Shown: positions 24,082-36,245, counted from the first letter of the stretch. The stretch: 64,000 nt of DNA from Harriotta raleighana (GCA_050575255.1 JBNZDD010013709.1:4805693-4869692), one strand, 5' to 3'. The notes: generated by a model from the letters alone, not told the origin. Numbers and translations are program-made.

Positions 24082-25105
24082 TATACAATTACCTGCAGAG
24101 ACAAACACATCTCACAGCTCCTGGCCTGGAATTTATATTTTGCTTTGTGCAAGGCATATACATTGGGAGAGTAAACAAGATGAGTAGAAGTCAGCACCAA
24201 GCTGCTAAGAAACNGTGAATCAATGTTTTGGGTCATCTGACTCACTTTCCGCAATGTTGACTCAGTTTCCTTTCTCCACAGATGCTGCCTGACCGGCTGA
24301 GTGTTCTCAGTGAGTTCTATATTTGTTCAGATTTCCAGCATCTGCAGTATTTTGTATTTTTTAAGGCCAAAGTCTATCTAGTTCTCCTTCCACCTTCCTG
24401 GCAGCCGCATGCACATGTTATGTCTCAAATGATATACTGTATCCCACGATATTATTTCCTAACAAAAATCTGATTTGTTCTTGAAATCATGTTGACCAGA
24501 TGATGTGATCCCGGTTACTGAAAACATCTTGGGATTTCAAGTTACATTGAATGCATGAGACCTACTTGGTAGAACAAACTCTATTTAAAGTCAAAGGAGG
24601 AAAAGTCCTAAGACTTTGAGAGGTGAGCTTATTTTGGCACAACACATGATGAACAACTAGCAACACATAACTGCAGGATACATATTTCACAAGCAGAATG
24701 GTTTAAAAGAATGGAACATAAATTTGTGAATGATAGAGAGACTGTGAAGCAGATATTATAACACATGCATTTTATACAGCACGTATAACATTTCAAAAGC
24801 ATTTGACAAAGTTTCTATGATGCATACTGACTGTTTATTTGTGAGTGAGCGCAGCAACCAATTTACCCAGAAGAATGCCTCAAAAAATCGCGAAGAAATG
24901 AAGGATTAATTTTAAATGGAGGATTATAAACCAGGACACCAAGAGAAAATCCTTTTTATTTTCTAATAGTTGAGAGCAAGCTGAGGCTTGCTTCCGATGT
25001 GTCAAAGAATGATGGACCTAATGAATGATTTCTTGAAAATGAATCAAAAACATAAGAGATATGATTTGTTTAATAGGAAATGACTAAACAACAGCAAAAC
25101 AAATA

Positions 25106-25643
25106 CTGGGGATATGTTGGGGATGTGTTAACATTGGGAATGTGTTCTTGAAATGTGCGATTTAAATGAAACAACATATAGCGAAACGTAAATTACCATA
25201 GGCCCTAATGCTATCCATAGGGGTCAGGTTCCTTCAGTCCATTGCTGGTCTAAATTTTCTTACACTAATATTAAATCAAGATCAAAAACAACACCACTAA
25301 TATTAAAATAAAAATAAAAGTTTAATAAATATATAAATAAGATTAAAAATTTAATTAAGAGAACACTTAAGATCCCTCTGGGGATCAGTACAAGAGGCAG
25401 GTAATCCTGTCCCTTCATCTAAATGGCTCCGCCCCCTCCCAGTCACTGACCACAACAACCATCTCCAGTAAGTGTTCTCTTAATTGTATTTATTATCTTA
25501 TTTATATATTTACTAAACAACCAATATAAAATGTAATCAGCTAATATCCCTTCAATTAATCAAATTTTCTAATTATTTTTTCTAACTATTTATTAATTCG
25601 TCAACGACGTATAATCAAAACAACGTATAGCGAGGAGTTCCAG
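25106..25643. mobile_element. Tigger/pogo-like MITE (duplicate copy)
   Basis: Same as 23544-24081, inside the duplicated block. Confidence 0.55.
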
Positions 25644-26404
25644 TATACAATTACCTGCAGAGACAAACACATCTCACAGCTCCTGGCCTGGAATTTATAT
25701 TTTGCTTTGTGCAAGGCATATACATTGGGAGAGTAAACAAGATGAGTAGAAGTCAGCACCAAGCTGCTAAGAAACACCACCGTGTGAAAGGAACACCAGG
25801 CTCCCAGTCTGTTGTTGTGTACAACCGGCTACACTTGGTTGTAAAAAGCCAAACATTTTGAAAGTGGATCACTCGAGCGCAGAGCAAGATGCATTTCCAT
25901 GAGGCTATGTTGGCAGGAGGAAAAGTGCATACTCCATATGCACAAGCGTGGGTTTGCTTTCGACTGCTGTGATCTTTCCTGTTGACAAGCCAGCTGCACT
26001 GTGATCATAGTGTTCTCCAGTTACCTTCTGATTTACTTTCTGCACATAGTAACATGCCAAGGAGTGAAAGCAAACAGCTTCACTTTTACTGTCTGTGCAC
26101 AGAAGGTGTGTATCAAGTGCATGACTATTGGCAACCCACTTCCAACTATGACTGTTACACATGGATTTCTGGAAAGTTCCATCAACCTGTTGCTGATTGG
26201 CCACCATCTCAGCACCCAAGCCACTTGCTTTAACAGGGATAGTGTGTGAGTCTTAAGTGAAGACTTCTCGTCTCTGGAGAGTAATAAAATACCATTAAAA
26301 CATTACATCAGACTCAAATGAAGAGTCCTCTGAAGTGCAGAGAGCAGATGGTGCATTATCAGCACCAGGGTACGTTAAATAGAGAGCAAAGAAACTCAAC
26401 ACAT

Positions 26405-26600
26405 TTTGATTGGAAGGTTGAGGGGAGGGGCTTGATGGAGGACTTTAAAATTATGAAGTCTTTTGACAGATTGAATTGATGGGAAGAAACTGTTTCCTCA
26501 GGTTGAATTTTTTTTGGGCAAATATTAGCTTTCAAGAGGGAACTAGATATTTATTTCAAAATGATAAGATGAATGGAAATTATGAGCGTGAAACTAGGGT
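26405..26600 (+). mobile_element. CR1 3' fragment, diverged
   Basis: GGAAGGTTGAGGGG..CTTGATGGAGGACTTTAAAATTATGAAG..GACAGA..GAAACTGTTTCC (RLRG.L.E.FKIM-type motif). Confidence 0.55.
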
Positions 26601-27220
26601 GATTTATTTCTCCTCTCCCCACTGAGCCAACCTGCAATATTTCTCAATAAGAAAAATTTTAAGTCCATGATGCCAACTTATGGGAACATTTCAACCAAAT
26701 CTGTTTTCATGAATAGGGTGTGTTCCCTCAAACTGACGTGATGTGCATTGCATACTTTCACTTACTGGAGGAAGTTCCCACTTGGATTCTTTAATTACGA
26801 AATGCCATACTACAAAATTAACACTCTTTCTCCCCGCCACCCCCACTCACTCCCCCCCCCCCCACCCTACACACACACATATTCTTTCCTGTGTTGCCTG
26901 TGACGTTTCAGAGCTTGTCAAAAGCTCAGGAAGAGGCTCTTCGATCCATCAAGCCTGCACCCACTCACGGAGCAAGGATATCGTTTTTCCCAGAAAATAT
27001 GCAATCAATTTACTTTACAGCATATTCTGTAAAGCAAATTGAGATATCTCAAAGATATGATAAGGCACCATATCAAATGGAAGGAATATTATTATTTGGG
27101 ATTTTTCAATCCCACCATCCTGCCTTAGCCCATTACCTCTTCAAAACCCTCTTTTTCATATGTATAGAACAATGCACATTGTAATTTGTGACATTGGTTG
27201 GTCTTTAAGGTGGATATTCA

Positions 27221-27366
27221 ATCAATCAATCAATCAAAATTACATTTATATAGTGCCTTTCACGTCGAGAGGACGTCCCAAGGCACTGTACAATCAAGTA
27301 GGGATTAGAGAAGTGGGGGAGGGGTCGGGGGAAGGAAAATAGGAAAAATTGACTGTATATTTGTGG
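27221..27366 (-). mobile_element. Chimeric SINE: SINE body joined to an L2-type 3' tail
   Basis: (TCAA)n, L2 stem-loop GCCTTTCACGTCGAGAGGACGTCCCAAGGC, G-rich linker, then SINE body TTGACTGTATATTTGTGG. Same junction as at 49.4-49.6 kb. Confidence 0.75.
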
Positions 27367-28454
27367 TATTTTTCTATTCGCTTATTTATTCATTCTACAA
27401 TTTCCTCTCCATAACCTATTATTTCCTGAGCTAATTGTCCTCAATCCCTGTTAACTCACTCTCGCATCCAAAAGACATTGAGATCCAAGTGGAATCCCTG
27501 GCCCAGGTTAATACAAAAGTGCATTGGTTTCTGGTGCTCCTTGGTGGAACAACCTGTTGATACTCATAAGAATAATGCCAACTTAAGAAAGTTAACAGGG
27601 AGTGATCAGCTAACAGAGAGTGCGATGATTTTCTAGAAAAAGATCTGAAATGTGAACAACAAATCAAACCCATCACATTCCAGATTCCTAGGGCTGAATT
27701 TGCTTATTATTTCATTCAGGGATGATCACTATGTGTGTAAATCAATAGACACAATGAGAAATCTGAGGCACAGGCCACTTTTCATGTATTTTTTTTTATC
27801 TATCAGAAATGTAGAGGATGAATGATACAGCAGGGTAGTTTACAATCCAGATTTTATAGTGCCCCTTTCTGCTGCGGGATTATTCATAAGCGATCACACA
27901 GGGGGAAAAGCACGCATTTGTTCCATTGCAACATTATCCTCTTTGGTACTGTAAGTGTGGAGCACTGATGTTTGCTATATTTTTAAGGTTAAAATGTTAA
28001 AGGTTAAAGTTGAAGGAACAATTTAGCTTAAATCTTTGGGATCATTTGTAGGATTTATCAAAGGGGCAAGCTAGGAGGGAATGATGTACTTTGAATAGCA
28101 ATAAAATCTCAGGGATGTCATTTTTAGAAACTTTCAAAGTGCGCTGATCTCTCAGATATTTAGCCTTGTTTTCTTTGAACAATCTCTACAGTTGTCCATG
28201 GGTTTACAGTTCCATCTTATCTTCAAACGCTCTGAGACGCTGCCCTGAGTGGAAGGCACTATATAAGTGCAAGTATTGTTGTTGTTCTTGATATCAGTCT
28301 GCAATGTTTCAGGATGTACAAAATATGACTAACAAATCCTGGTTGCTTTCAATATTGTCCATTATGTTTAATGGCTATCAGACTCTGTAGATCCATCTCC
28401 AAAGTAGAAACTTTTTTTTAACTAACCCCAGAAAACACATAACTGTGTCAAACA

Positions 28455-28556
28455 CATAAACAGAGGTTGCTGGGAAAACTCAGCAGATCAGGCAGCATCC
28501 ATGGAGAAAGGAAAGTGAGTCAATGTTTCGGGTCCACGACCCTTCATCAGAACAGA
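28455..28556 (-). mobile_element. Penelope-like terminal repeat remnant
   Basis: AAACAGAGGTTGCTGGGAAAACTCAGCAGATCAGGCAGCATCCATGGAGAAAGGAAAGTGAGTCAATGTTTCGGGTC, same family as 19.5 and 22.6 kb. Confidence 0.65.
28518..28554 (-). ncRNA. Minimal type-I hammerhead ribozyme-like motif (degenerate)
   Basis: Minus strand reads GTT-CTGATGA-A-GGGTC-GTG-GACCC-GAAAC-ATT-GAC: core CUGAUGA, perfect 5-bp stem II, GAAA, short stem I. Confidence 0.6.
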
Positions 28557-28929
28557 ACTGTGTGTCTTAAGTGACTACTGAACTATAGTATTTGCCTCAT
28601 ATAAATAATAAATAAACCAGTCAGTGTCATTTGTGTAATTGAGTTTGTTATTACAGAAAACAATGTTGTACAATGGTATCGGGTTTCAGAGGTGAAGAAA
28701 CGCACAGTGCTTTTATCTGGACAGTCCCCCAGGGGAAACACACAACTTTCTTTTGTAGAACATAAATTTCTTTTTTGAGAAGCCTGGACATTTTTCATTC
28801 TGTTATATGTTCTTTTTCTAAGAGCTTTGAGGTGGCTTCCCGATGTGAAAGGCACTTTATAAATGTAAATTGTCTTTGTATTCATTCTTTATATATGTCC
28901 ATGACATTTCCCCTGCAAGGCCTTTCCGA

Positions 28930-29128
28930 TGATCCCTTCCAAAAAAAACAATAAATTGGTTATTTCAATCCACCATTGTTTGTGGGACACTGTTGTGTGC
29001 AAAATGGCTGCCGTGGTTCATCCACAAATCTACAGTCAATTCACTTTACAGTCTATTCTGTGAAGTGCTTTGAGACATCTAGAAAATGTGAAAAGCACTA
29101 TATCAAATGCAAGAATTATTAATATTAT
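28930..29128 (+). mobile_element. Young SINE, 3' half
   Basis: ATTGGTTATTTCAATCCAC..TTTGTGGGACAC..GGCTGCCG..CAAATGCAAGAATTATT. Confidence 0.85.
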
Positions 29129-30242
29129 TTTTACTTAACTTTGTAACAGTGCTATTCATATTTTCCCATACTGCATGTAGATAGATATACTGTGATGCTG
29201 TATCCAGGCTGAAACATTTACAGCTTCAATATCATTTAACTGCAATGTTCATGAATTTCCAGCAATACACCAAACACTGCAAAACCTCAGGCATTTCAAA
29301 CTGATTCCAATAGTCTAAAAATGTAGAATAAATGCACTTAAATGTACATTGATGTCCAAATTATTGTCTGACATCTCTCATCAGTAATTGCGCTTCATAG
29401 AGATGTCTTTTGGAAACTATTTCATGTTATGGCATTTATAGATCAACATATTCTATCTAGTTACAGTCATGGCAGTAATAGACAGATTAAATTTTCTACA
29501 GTTACAATCTATTGATTGTGAATGCACTTAAAGGGTTCTTTATAATAGAAACGAGGAAAAAGCAGCAATCCCTTTGAAAATCCTGGTTGTTGCAGAATAA
29601 TAACAAGCTTATTATTCTCTCCAGTTCCACTCTTAGTATCACTAAATATGCAGTAATGCTGCAGCTGGGAAACATGACGCAGAACTGTATTTACTGCAAA
29701 TAACAAAACAGATCACAGCTGAGTATGGATTGTGCATCAAAATGCATTGTATAAATAAGTCACTCAAACATGACGTTGATGTTTATCATTCATAATAGCA
29801 GAACACTAATGTGGTCATCAGACTTCACCTTAACCCTATCTATTCTGTCTGCAGCGTTCAATTCCTTGGGGTCAAATTGTGTAGACTGGTGAGACATAGC
29901 ATTGAATCATTGTCCTGTGGTCAGTCTCTCACTGGCAACAGAACAGTAAAATTGTGCATTGACATTAATGGCTCACTAATGGTTTGGATACTGTTGCATA
30001 TCATGCTGCTAAATACACTTAGTTCTTGGTTACATTAACAGACTCTTGCCGAAAACTTATTTTAATGGTGTAATACTTCCACTGGAATAAACATACCATG
30101 AGATTATAGGAATGAACATCTATTAATTTCTGGAGCATTTCAGATGTTCCACGGGACATTTCTGAAATGAGAAATCAGAAACCACGAATCCATTAAGACA
30201 GTAGAAGAATACAACAGTACAGTGTGTGCTACTATTGCACAT

Positions 30243-30407
30243 TATAATAATGCTTGCGTTTGATTTAGTGTTTTATCACATCTTTGAGACGTCTCAAAGC
30301 GCTTCACAGAATGTACTGTAAAGTGAATTGACAGTATTAAATCATCTGTCCAGCGCCTTGGGACGTCCTCCTGACGTGAAATGTAATTTTGTTGTTGTTG
30401 TTGTTGT
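30243..30407. mobile_element. SINE tail (-) abutting an L2 tail (+)
   Basis: GAGACGTCTCAAAGCGCTTCACAGAATG (SINE, reversed), then CAGCGCCTTGGGACGTCCTCCTGACGTGAA..(TTG)n. Confidence 0.78.
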
Positions 30408-31799
30408 ATTACTGTAACTTTTCATCAAATATAATAGTTTGTAGTGGAGCTGGCACCCGTCATTGTTCTTGCTGCCCACAGAGTATGGCGTTTGATCGGA
30501 TAACTACCAAGCTCAGACTGAGCTGAGCCAGGTCCCTGGTAATGGTTGCTTGAATGCCAGGCTTCATAGTCAGTAACAACAGCCTAGCCAAACACTTCAA
30601 GTAGCTTTGGGCCAAACCACTGAGCCAAAATTTGCAGAGGAGTGGATATTCACACCTAAACCAGCTGAGAATTGAAAACCATTTGAGACTATAATTTTCC
30701 GTGATGTGAAATTGCATCATATTTTCCTCCCTATATCTGGACAGATCCGGGTTTGTTATAGGAAACGTGAACAGCCGTTTCACTGGATGGAATCTTTCAA
30801 CCATGCTTCCTGCTATTTTTGAATTATAGCAAGTGCATCCTTTTTTCCCCAATACTAGACAATGGGATTAAGCGCATAAATGAAGGATTTTAGAAACAGA
30901 GAATTACGCCTTGAAGTTTGTTACCCTGGATTGTGTTAAAATGCTGCAGACAAGTTAAACAGTGTTGGGTGGTTTTACTGCACCCTGAAATGGTTTTCTA
31001 TCAATTTTAAACAGAACTATTTCTGTGCTGCCTCTGTTCTTTGTCAGTGAGGATATATATTTCTCACTGAAGCAGGTTTGCGAAGTGACAATACGACTGA
31101 AATTTCATTGCACATTAGGTCCCGAGGCCCTGGGTTAGATTGACTTTCTGACAAGTGAATCCACTGGGAACAGCCACTTCTTTTGCTCGAGTAGCTTTGG
31201 ATGTGATGTCCATTATTTTGTAGGGAAAAGGAATAAAACAAGCAACAGTAAATGCTAGAAATGCAAATCATCATCAATTGGTTATTCCAGTCCATCTTTT
31301 CACAACAGTGATAGAAATTCAGATTTAATGCATGTAAAATTCCCACACAATGGATTTCATGCCATTGAGCCTAATATCTCAGCCACTTCCTGTTAACATC
31401 TGTTGACAGGCAGAATCTTACTGCCTCATTCTCTATGCTGCCTCTTTTAGTCTCTGCATAAAAAAGCACAATTATTTTACAAGACTACAGGAGATCATGT
31501 GCAGTTGTGAAAATGTAAACAAGATGTCAAAGAGGTAGTACAAGCTTATGAATACAGGCTACAAAATGGATAATTACTTTATGGTGGCAAAAGGGAAACC
31601 TGTGTGTGTCTCTGATGCCCTATATAGGAGCTGGTTTAAAGGGAGAATATACTGATGAAGATTAATGAATAACTTATTTGCATTGTAAGGAAAAGGTAAT
31701 GTTCTGTGGTTATAACGTAGGTGATCATATGTTAATCTTCAAATCTTCACTGAACCTCTACCCTAGATTATAGCAATCTTTTAATGAATGCTGGTACAT

Positions 31800-32072
31800 C
31801 CTTGGGAAGTCTTCCCGATGTGAAAGGCACTCTATAAATGTAATTTTGTTGTTGTTATTGTTGTTGTTGTGGTAACATGTGAATGTATTGTTATAACAAC
31901 AACAAAATTAAATTTGTATAGCTACATTCACATCAGGAAGACGCTGGGCAGTTAGTGTTTCAGCCCCAATCAGGGAGGGTGGAGGGAAGGTAGGGGAAGG
32001 GGGGTAAACAATGGGATGGTCAAAGAGGAAAGTTTTGAGGTGGGACTTGAAGGAGACTAGGGAGGAGGAGAG
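31800..32072. mobile_element. Tail-to-tail L2 3' fragments
   Basis: Plus-strand tail 31800-31870 ending in (TTG)n; minus copy 31895-32072 with (CAA)n and GGTCAAAGAGGAAAGTTTTGAGGTGGGACTTGAAGGAG. Confidence 0.72.
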
Positions 32073-32124
32073 GCAGAAATATATTGATCACTCATGCCAC
32101 ACAATGTGGAGAGTAGAAAGGACA

Positions 32125-32425
32125 ATAATAATAGTATTCCTTCAATTTGATCTAGTGCTTTTCACATTTTCGAATATGTCAAAGTACTTCACAGAATATT
32201 CTGTAAAGTGAATTGACTGTATACACAGTATGTGGCCAAAACACGGCAGCTAATTGCACACAGTAGTGTCCCACAAATGGTCATGGATCAAATTTCATAT
32301 TGTTTAATTTCAGGGATTATTATTAGGCGTAAGAAAACTTGCCCAAGGTTTTCGCCCTGACGGGAATCGAACCCAGGTCTCTCGCTTGTAAGGCGAGTGC
32401 TCTAACCACTGAGCTACAGGCCTTC
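32125..32425 (-). mobile_element. Full-length young SINE
   Basis: Head (reversed) GGCCTGTAGCTCAGTGGTTAGAGCACTCGCCTTACAAGCGAGAGACCTGGGTTCGATTCCC; full body and tail. Confidence 0.92.
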
Positions 32426-32437
32426 ACAAAGTAAGTA

Positions 32438-32700
32438 CAGGTTGAAATCCAAATATCAATTTCATGCCTCAATCACTTTGCGACTCAAAGACTGAAAAAA
32501 ACAATAAGCTATCCGACGTATGTAACACACAAACATCATCTTAAAAGTGTATAAATCTGACATGTGAAGAGATATCCCGGGTGACTAGTTATCAGAGGAC
32601 CATCATTAATATTTCTTATGGGAAATAACCGGGTTATTGAGTGAGTGACGAGTTATATATGATTGACGGCTTCCAGGGGTGAGTTATCAGAGTTTCACTG
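32438..32700. mobile_element. Tigger-like MITE, diverged
   Basis: Right end GAGTTATCAGAGTTTCACTG|TA, internal repeated GAGTTAT motifs, left end TA|CAGGTTGAAATCC. Confidence 0.5.
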
Positions 32701-32799
32701 TAGTAATAGTAATCCTTATATTTATTATAGCACCTTTCATGTCAGGAGGATGTCTCAAAATGCTTCACTGTGAATTGCCGTGACAGTGTAAAAACTAAA

Positions 32800-32922
32800 C
32801 AGATTAAGGGATAGGGAGATAGGGTGGGTAAGTGGAATTAGGTTAGAAGATCAGCCATGATCTTATTTTACGGGGGGTAAGCCCTATTGGCCTACTCCTG
32901 CTCCTATTATTTATGTTCTTAT
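32800..32922 (+). mobile_element. CR1 3' tail
   Basis: AAGGGATAGGG..GGGTAAGTGG..AGATCAGCCATGATCTTATT..TGGCCTACTCCTGCTCCTATT..ATGTTCTTAT. Confidence 0.7.
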
Positions 32923-32929
32923 TTTAGTG

Positions 32930-33150
32930 TATTTTGTTGGCCAAACATGGGTGAAACATGGCAGCCAATTGCGCACAGCAGTGTCCACAAACAGTCATGG
33001 ATTGAAATGACCAATTTTTTTTTTTTTTTGAGGGATTATTATCAGGCGTTTGGAGTAAGGAAATTTGCCCATGGTTTCACCCTACCTGGAATTGAACCCA
33101 GGTCTCTCACTTGCAAGGCACGTGCTCTAACAAATGAGCTACAGGACTCC
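32930..33150 (-). mobile_element. Young SINE lacking the 3' tail
   Basis: GGCAGCCAATTGCGCACAGCAG...GAATTGAACCCAGGTCTCTC..GAGCTACAGGACTCC. Confidence 0.9.
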
Positions 33151-35038
33151 ATGTCCTTGAATCAGAGTGAATTGTTTTACAACAGTCATAATGGAGACTC
33201 ACCTTTTCCTGTGGAGACCTATTTGGATTGCAAACCGGCAAACTTAATTGTTCCTCAGTATTATAATACAGTAATCCAGTGATGTATCAAAAGTACGCAA
33301 AAAAGCCAACACACATGGGAAAGCCAACACTTCAGTGAGAATGGTGGCAGGTTCCACTGCATTCCCACTTGAACCGTGAAAGCATATTGTTGCCATTTGC
33401 TCAAATCTGAAAAGCATCAATAAAGGAAGCAGTTGGGGATCATCTTTAGAGTTGAAAGTTGCCAAATTGACCCTTTCCTCCGGAATTGGGTAGGTAGGCA
33501 GAGTGTGTTGCTTCGGGGATAGAGTATGCACTCCTTTCCAGACATGGGAAATTCCCATGTATAGATAGCATACATGTGAAGAACTCTACGTCTTATTGAT
33601 AATCTAAAGCATGGTACATAATGGGTTCCCGCCTGTCACAGACATCTTGCTGCCCAAAATAAAACCTTTTGCCCCCATATTTTGAGAAATCAAATAGAGA
33701 ATGTCCCCAAGCGAGGAGGCATCAAATATGCATTTACACAGACTAACTAGCTTCACTCCAATTGCTGGTGATCATTAATGCATTGGCATCACAAACTATT
33801 AGTTGGCTAGACACAATTAAGTGAAGCAGGTTGTTTTTCTCATCAATTTGTTAACTACACTTAAGTGCCACCTGCCATCCTTCTCCGCACAACTCAGATT
33901 TGCAACCAGCCTTTGAAGTTTTCTGTATAATAAGCGAGTCGGATAGTTGAGAGCAAATTTGAATGCTTCTGTGTGCAATAAGTCTGACCACTCAGAGGGC
34001 TGAGATTGTGGAGGATCCCAACAGTGATGGGTTCTTCTAAACCTCACATAATCTGTGGCTTTCTGCTCATATAAGTACAAGTGGCAGAACACATTTTATA
34101 ATGATAAATATAAATAATAATAATCCTTGCATTTGATATATGTGGCTGTCAGCAATAGAACAGGGCTTCTTATAATGCGGATGACATTATAAAAAGATAA
34201 TAATTAATATTAGATTGGTAAAGTAGAGGTCTTTAGGACTTCGATCTTTTTTATTTATTGTTCAAAATCAAAATGCTATTTCTCACCAAAGACACAGAGA
34301 TAATGCTTTGAGTCGTCCTGCTATTTTCACTTTTTGCATTAGTAAATGTGCTGTGCTGTTATGCTCTGTTGGTATTCCTATGGATTGTCTTGAACCACAT
34401 AGTTCACCAAAACTCTCTAGTTGTACAGAGTGCAACCTCTCCATATTTATAGATGTTACTGTACATTGATGTCTGCCATTAAATATGGGTTTGTTTAATT
34501 GTTGCAATTTGTTTGTGAAAGTGGTACAACACTGACCAATGCTAACCGCTTCTGTCTTCTATTCATTGTCCATAAATTAAAACAGTTCATAAAAATCACA
34601 GTAATTTCATATGCAGCAGAATATAAATTGCAGATTTGTAACCCTCTCTTGAAAACAGATGGCAATAATTAAAACCTACTGTACTTCCTACTTCAAAATA
34701 AATGATGAAATCAATACTGGACTTATTATCAGTCTGCCCGCTCTTTAGGTATTGGTTTAATAATTAAACTTATTGGAACTGCATCTGATCTAAGCCTCAA
34801 ATCTTTTCCCTTTGTCAGTAATTGCTCCATCGCCGTGTATTTTTCCCCATTTTTTCTCTCTTCTCTCTCTTCCCTTGCTGTATATTGATCGTTCTCCCAG
34901 TTAATTTTAATGAATCAAAAAGAGAAATGTAAATGAACTCAGATTGTGTGTGTGTCATTACTAGCATCAATTGGCTGTAGAGTTTACCAAATATTATTGT
35001 AACATTCTATATTACATACAAGAATTTTAAAAATTGTA

Positions 35039-35754
35039 CAGTTAACCCTCTTCGATCGCGGGGATTACGTTCCTGGAAAACTGCACACTTGATAAAATCA
35101 CGTTGGGTAAGTTTAACAAGTAATGGGAAAAGGGGGCTTAGGGGAATCCAGTCGCAGGCTACCCACCTCAAGCCGCAGAGAGCCGTTCGGGGATGGTGGG
35201 GGGGAAGGCGGGGAGCAGAGAGCTGCTCGGGCGAGGGAGGGGTGAGCAGAGAGCCGCAGGCAGCTGGCTCCAGCTTTGTCATCGCTTTATTGCTATAAAG
35301 CGATAACAAAGCAGTAAAGTATTAAAAAGAAAGCAGTAAAGTATTAAAAAGACATCTAGGCTAAATTATTTTACCTCTGGTCCTGGAAGTGCTAGGAAAT
35401 TCTCTCTCTCTCTCTGTCTCTTCTGTTTATCATGCAATGCCATCCGGATGCTCCAAGGCCGAGGAATTACCCGAGGATGCATTGCGCGCGGGGCCAGCCA
35501 GCCAAGGAATCATTAGCTTTAATCGGGATCTGCCGGCCTCGTCAAAAGTGCGCATGCATGTGGGACCAACCAGCCGAGGAATCATCGTATTTAGTCGGGA
35601 GTGATCGGCATCCTCACATATGCGCATTCGCGCGGAGGCCAGCCAGCGCGTACACACAAATTTTACGAGCACTGCACAAAAAATTGATGCTTTAGTTTTG
35701 TCACATATTCTTGAATTCACAATCGATAAAGTTGCGTTCGACGATGGTTAACTG
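35039..35754. mobile_element. Tigger/pogo-like MITE with TIRs and TA target-site duplication
   Basis: Left TA|CAGTTAACCCTCTTCGATCGC; right GCGTTCGACGATGGTTAACTG|TA (reverse complement CAGTTAACCATCGTCGAACGC). CpG-rich interior. Confidence 0.88.
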
Positions 35755-35859
35755 TATTATTAATTTAAGTTCTATCTGCCTTGTGAATTCGGTGGATGTA
35801 ATGTGTCCATCCAGCCTTTGTTATATCAAAGAAACATGATATTGCCCTTGCCCCCCAGC

Positions 35860-36245
35860 TTTATGTCTTGGCCAGGAAACCACCAGATAAAATTGGTCAT
35901 TCAGTTCACAGCTTGTGTTTGTGGGTCACTGATGTGAGCAAATTGGCTGCTGAGCCTACCTACAGTAAATCATGTAAAGTGTTTTAAGACCTGCTCCCAA
36001 AATGAAAGGCGCTATATCGAATTTAAGGATTGTTATTATTATTTCCTTCTTCAACCAAGTTAACCCCAAATTCAAATAGATTAGCTGCTGATCTCATTGC
36101 TGTTTGCAGCATGCTGCTGTTTGAGTTGAGCTGCCATGTTTGTCTGCATAACATCCAATTTCATTTCTGATCAATTATATTTTGTAAAGTGCTTTGAGAA
36201 ATGTATTTTACATGAAAGGTGCACTATATATGCAAGTTATTTTTC
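35860..36245 (+). mobile_element. Two tandem old Deu-SINE 3' halves
   Basis: Body (TGTTTG...AAATTGGCTGC / GAGCTGCC) plus tail (GAAAGG..CTATAT..AAG..TT) occurs twice. Confidence 0.6.

Larger units (their letters stand above)
22653..25775 (+). repeat. 1561-bp direct duplication separated by a single N (probable scaffold-overlap artefact)
   Basis: 22653-24213 reads identical to 24215-25775 wherever compared, with N at 24214. The ORF track gives identical ORFs at 22720 and 24282 (offset 1562). Confidence 0.93.

Noticed and set aside
25740-26375. Cluster of overlapping ORFs in unique sequence
   Set aside because: No recognisable protein similarity, and no splice-consistent open frame in the frames I checked. 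It may still be regulatory or UTR sequence.
32355-32425. Apparent tRNA gene (anticodon arm CTCGC-CTTACAA-GCGAG, T loop TTCGATT)
   Set aside because: It is the head of a SINE: no acceptor stem, it continues into the SINE body, and the anticodon varies (TAC/TGC) among copies.
34806-34817. TTCCCTTTGTCA, the 5' end of miR-204/211
   Set aside because: The match stops after 12 nt and no precursor hairpin is evident.
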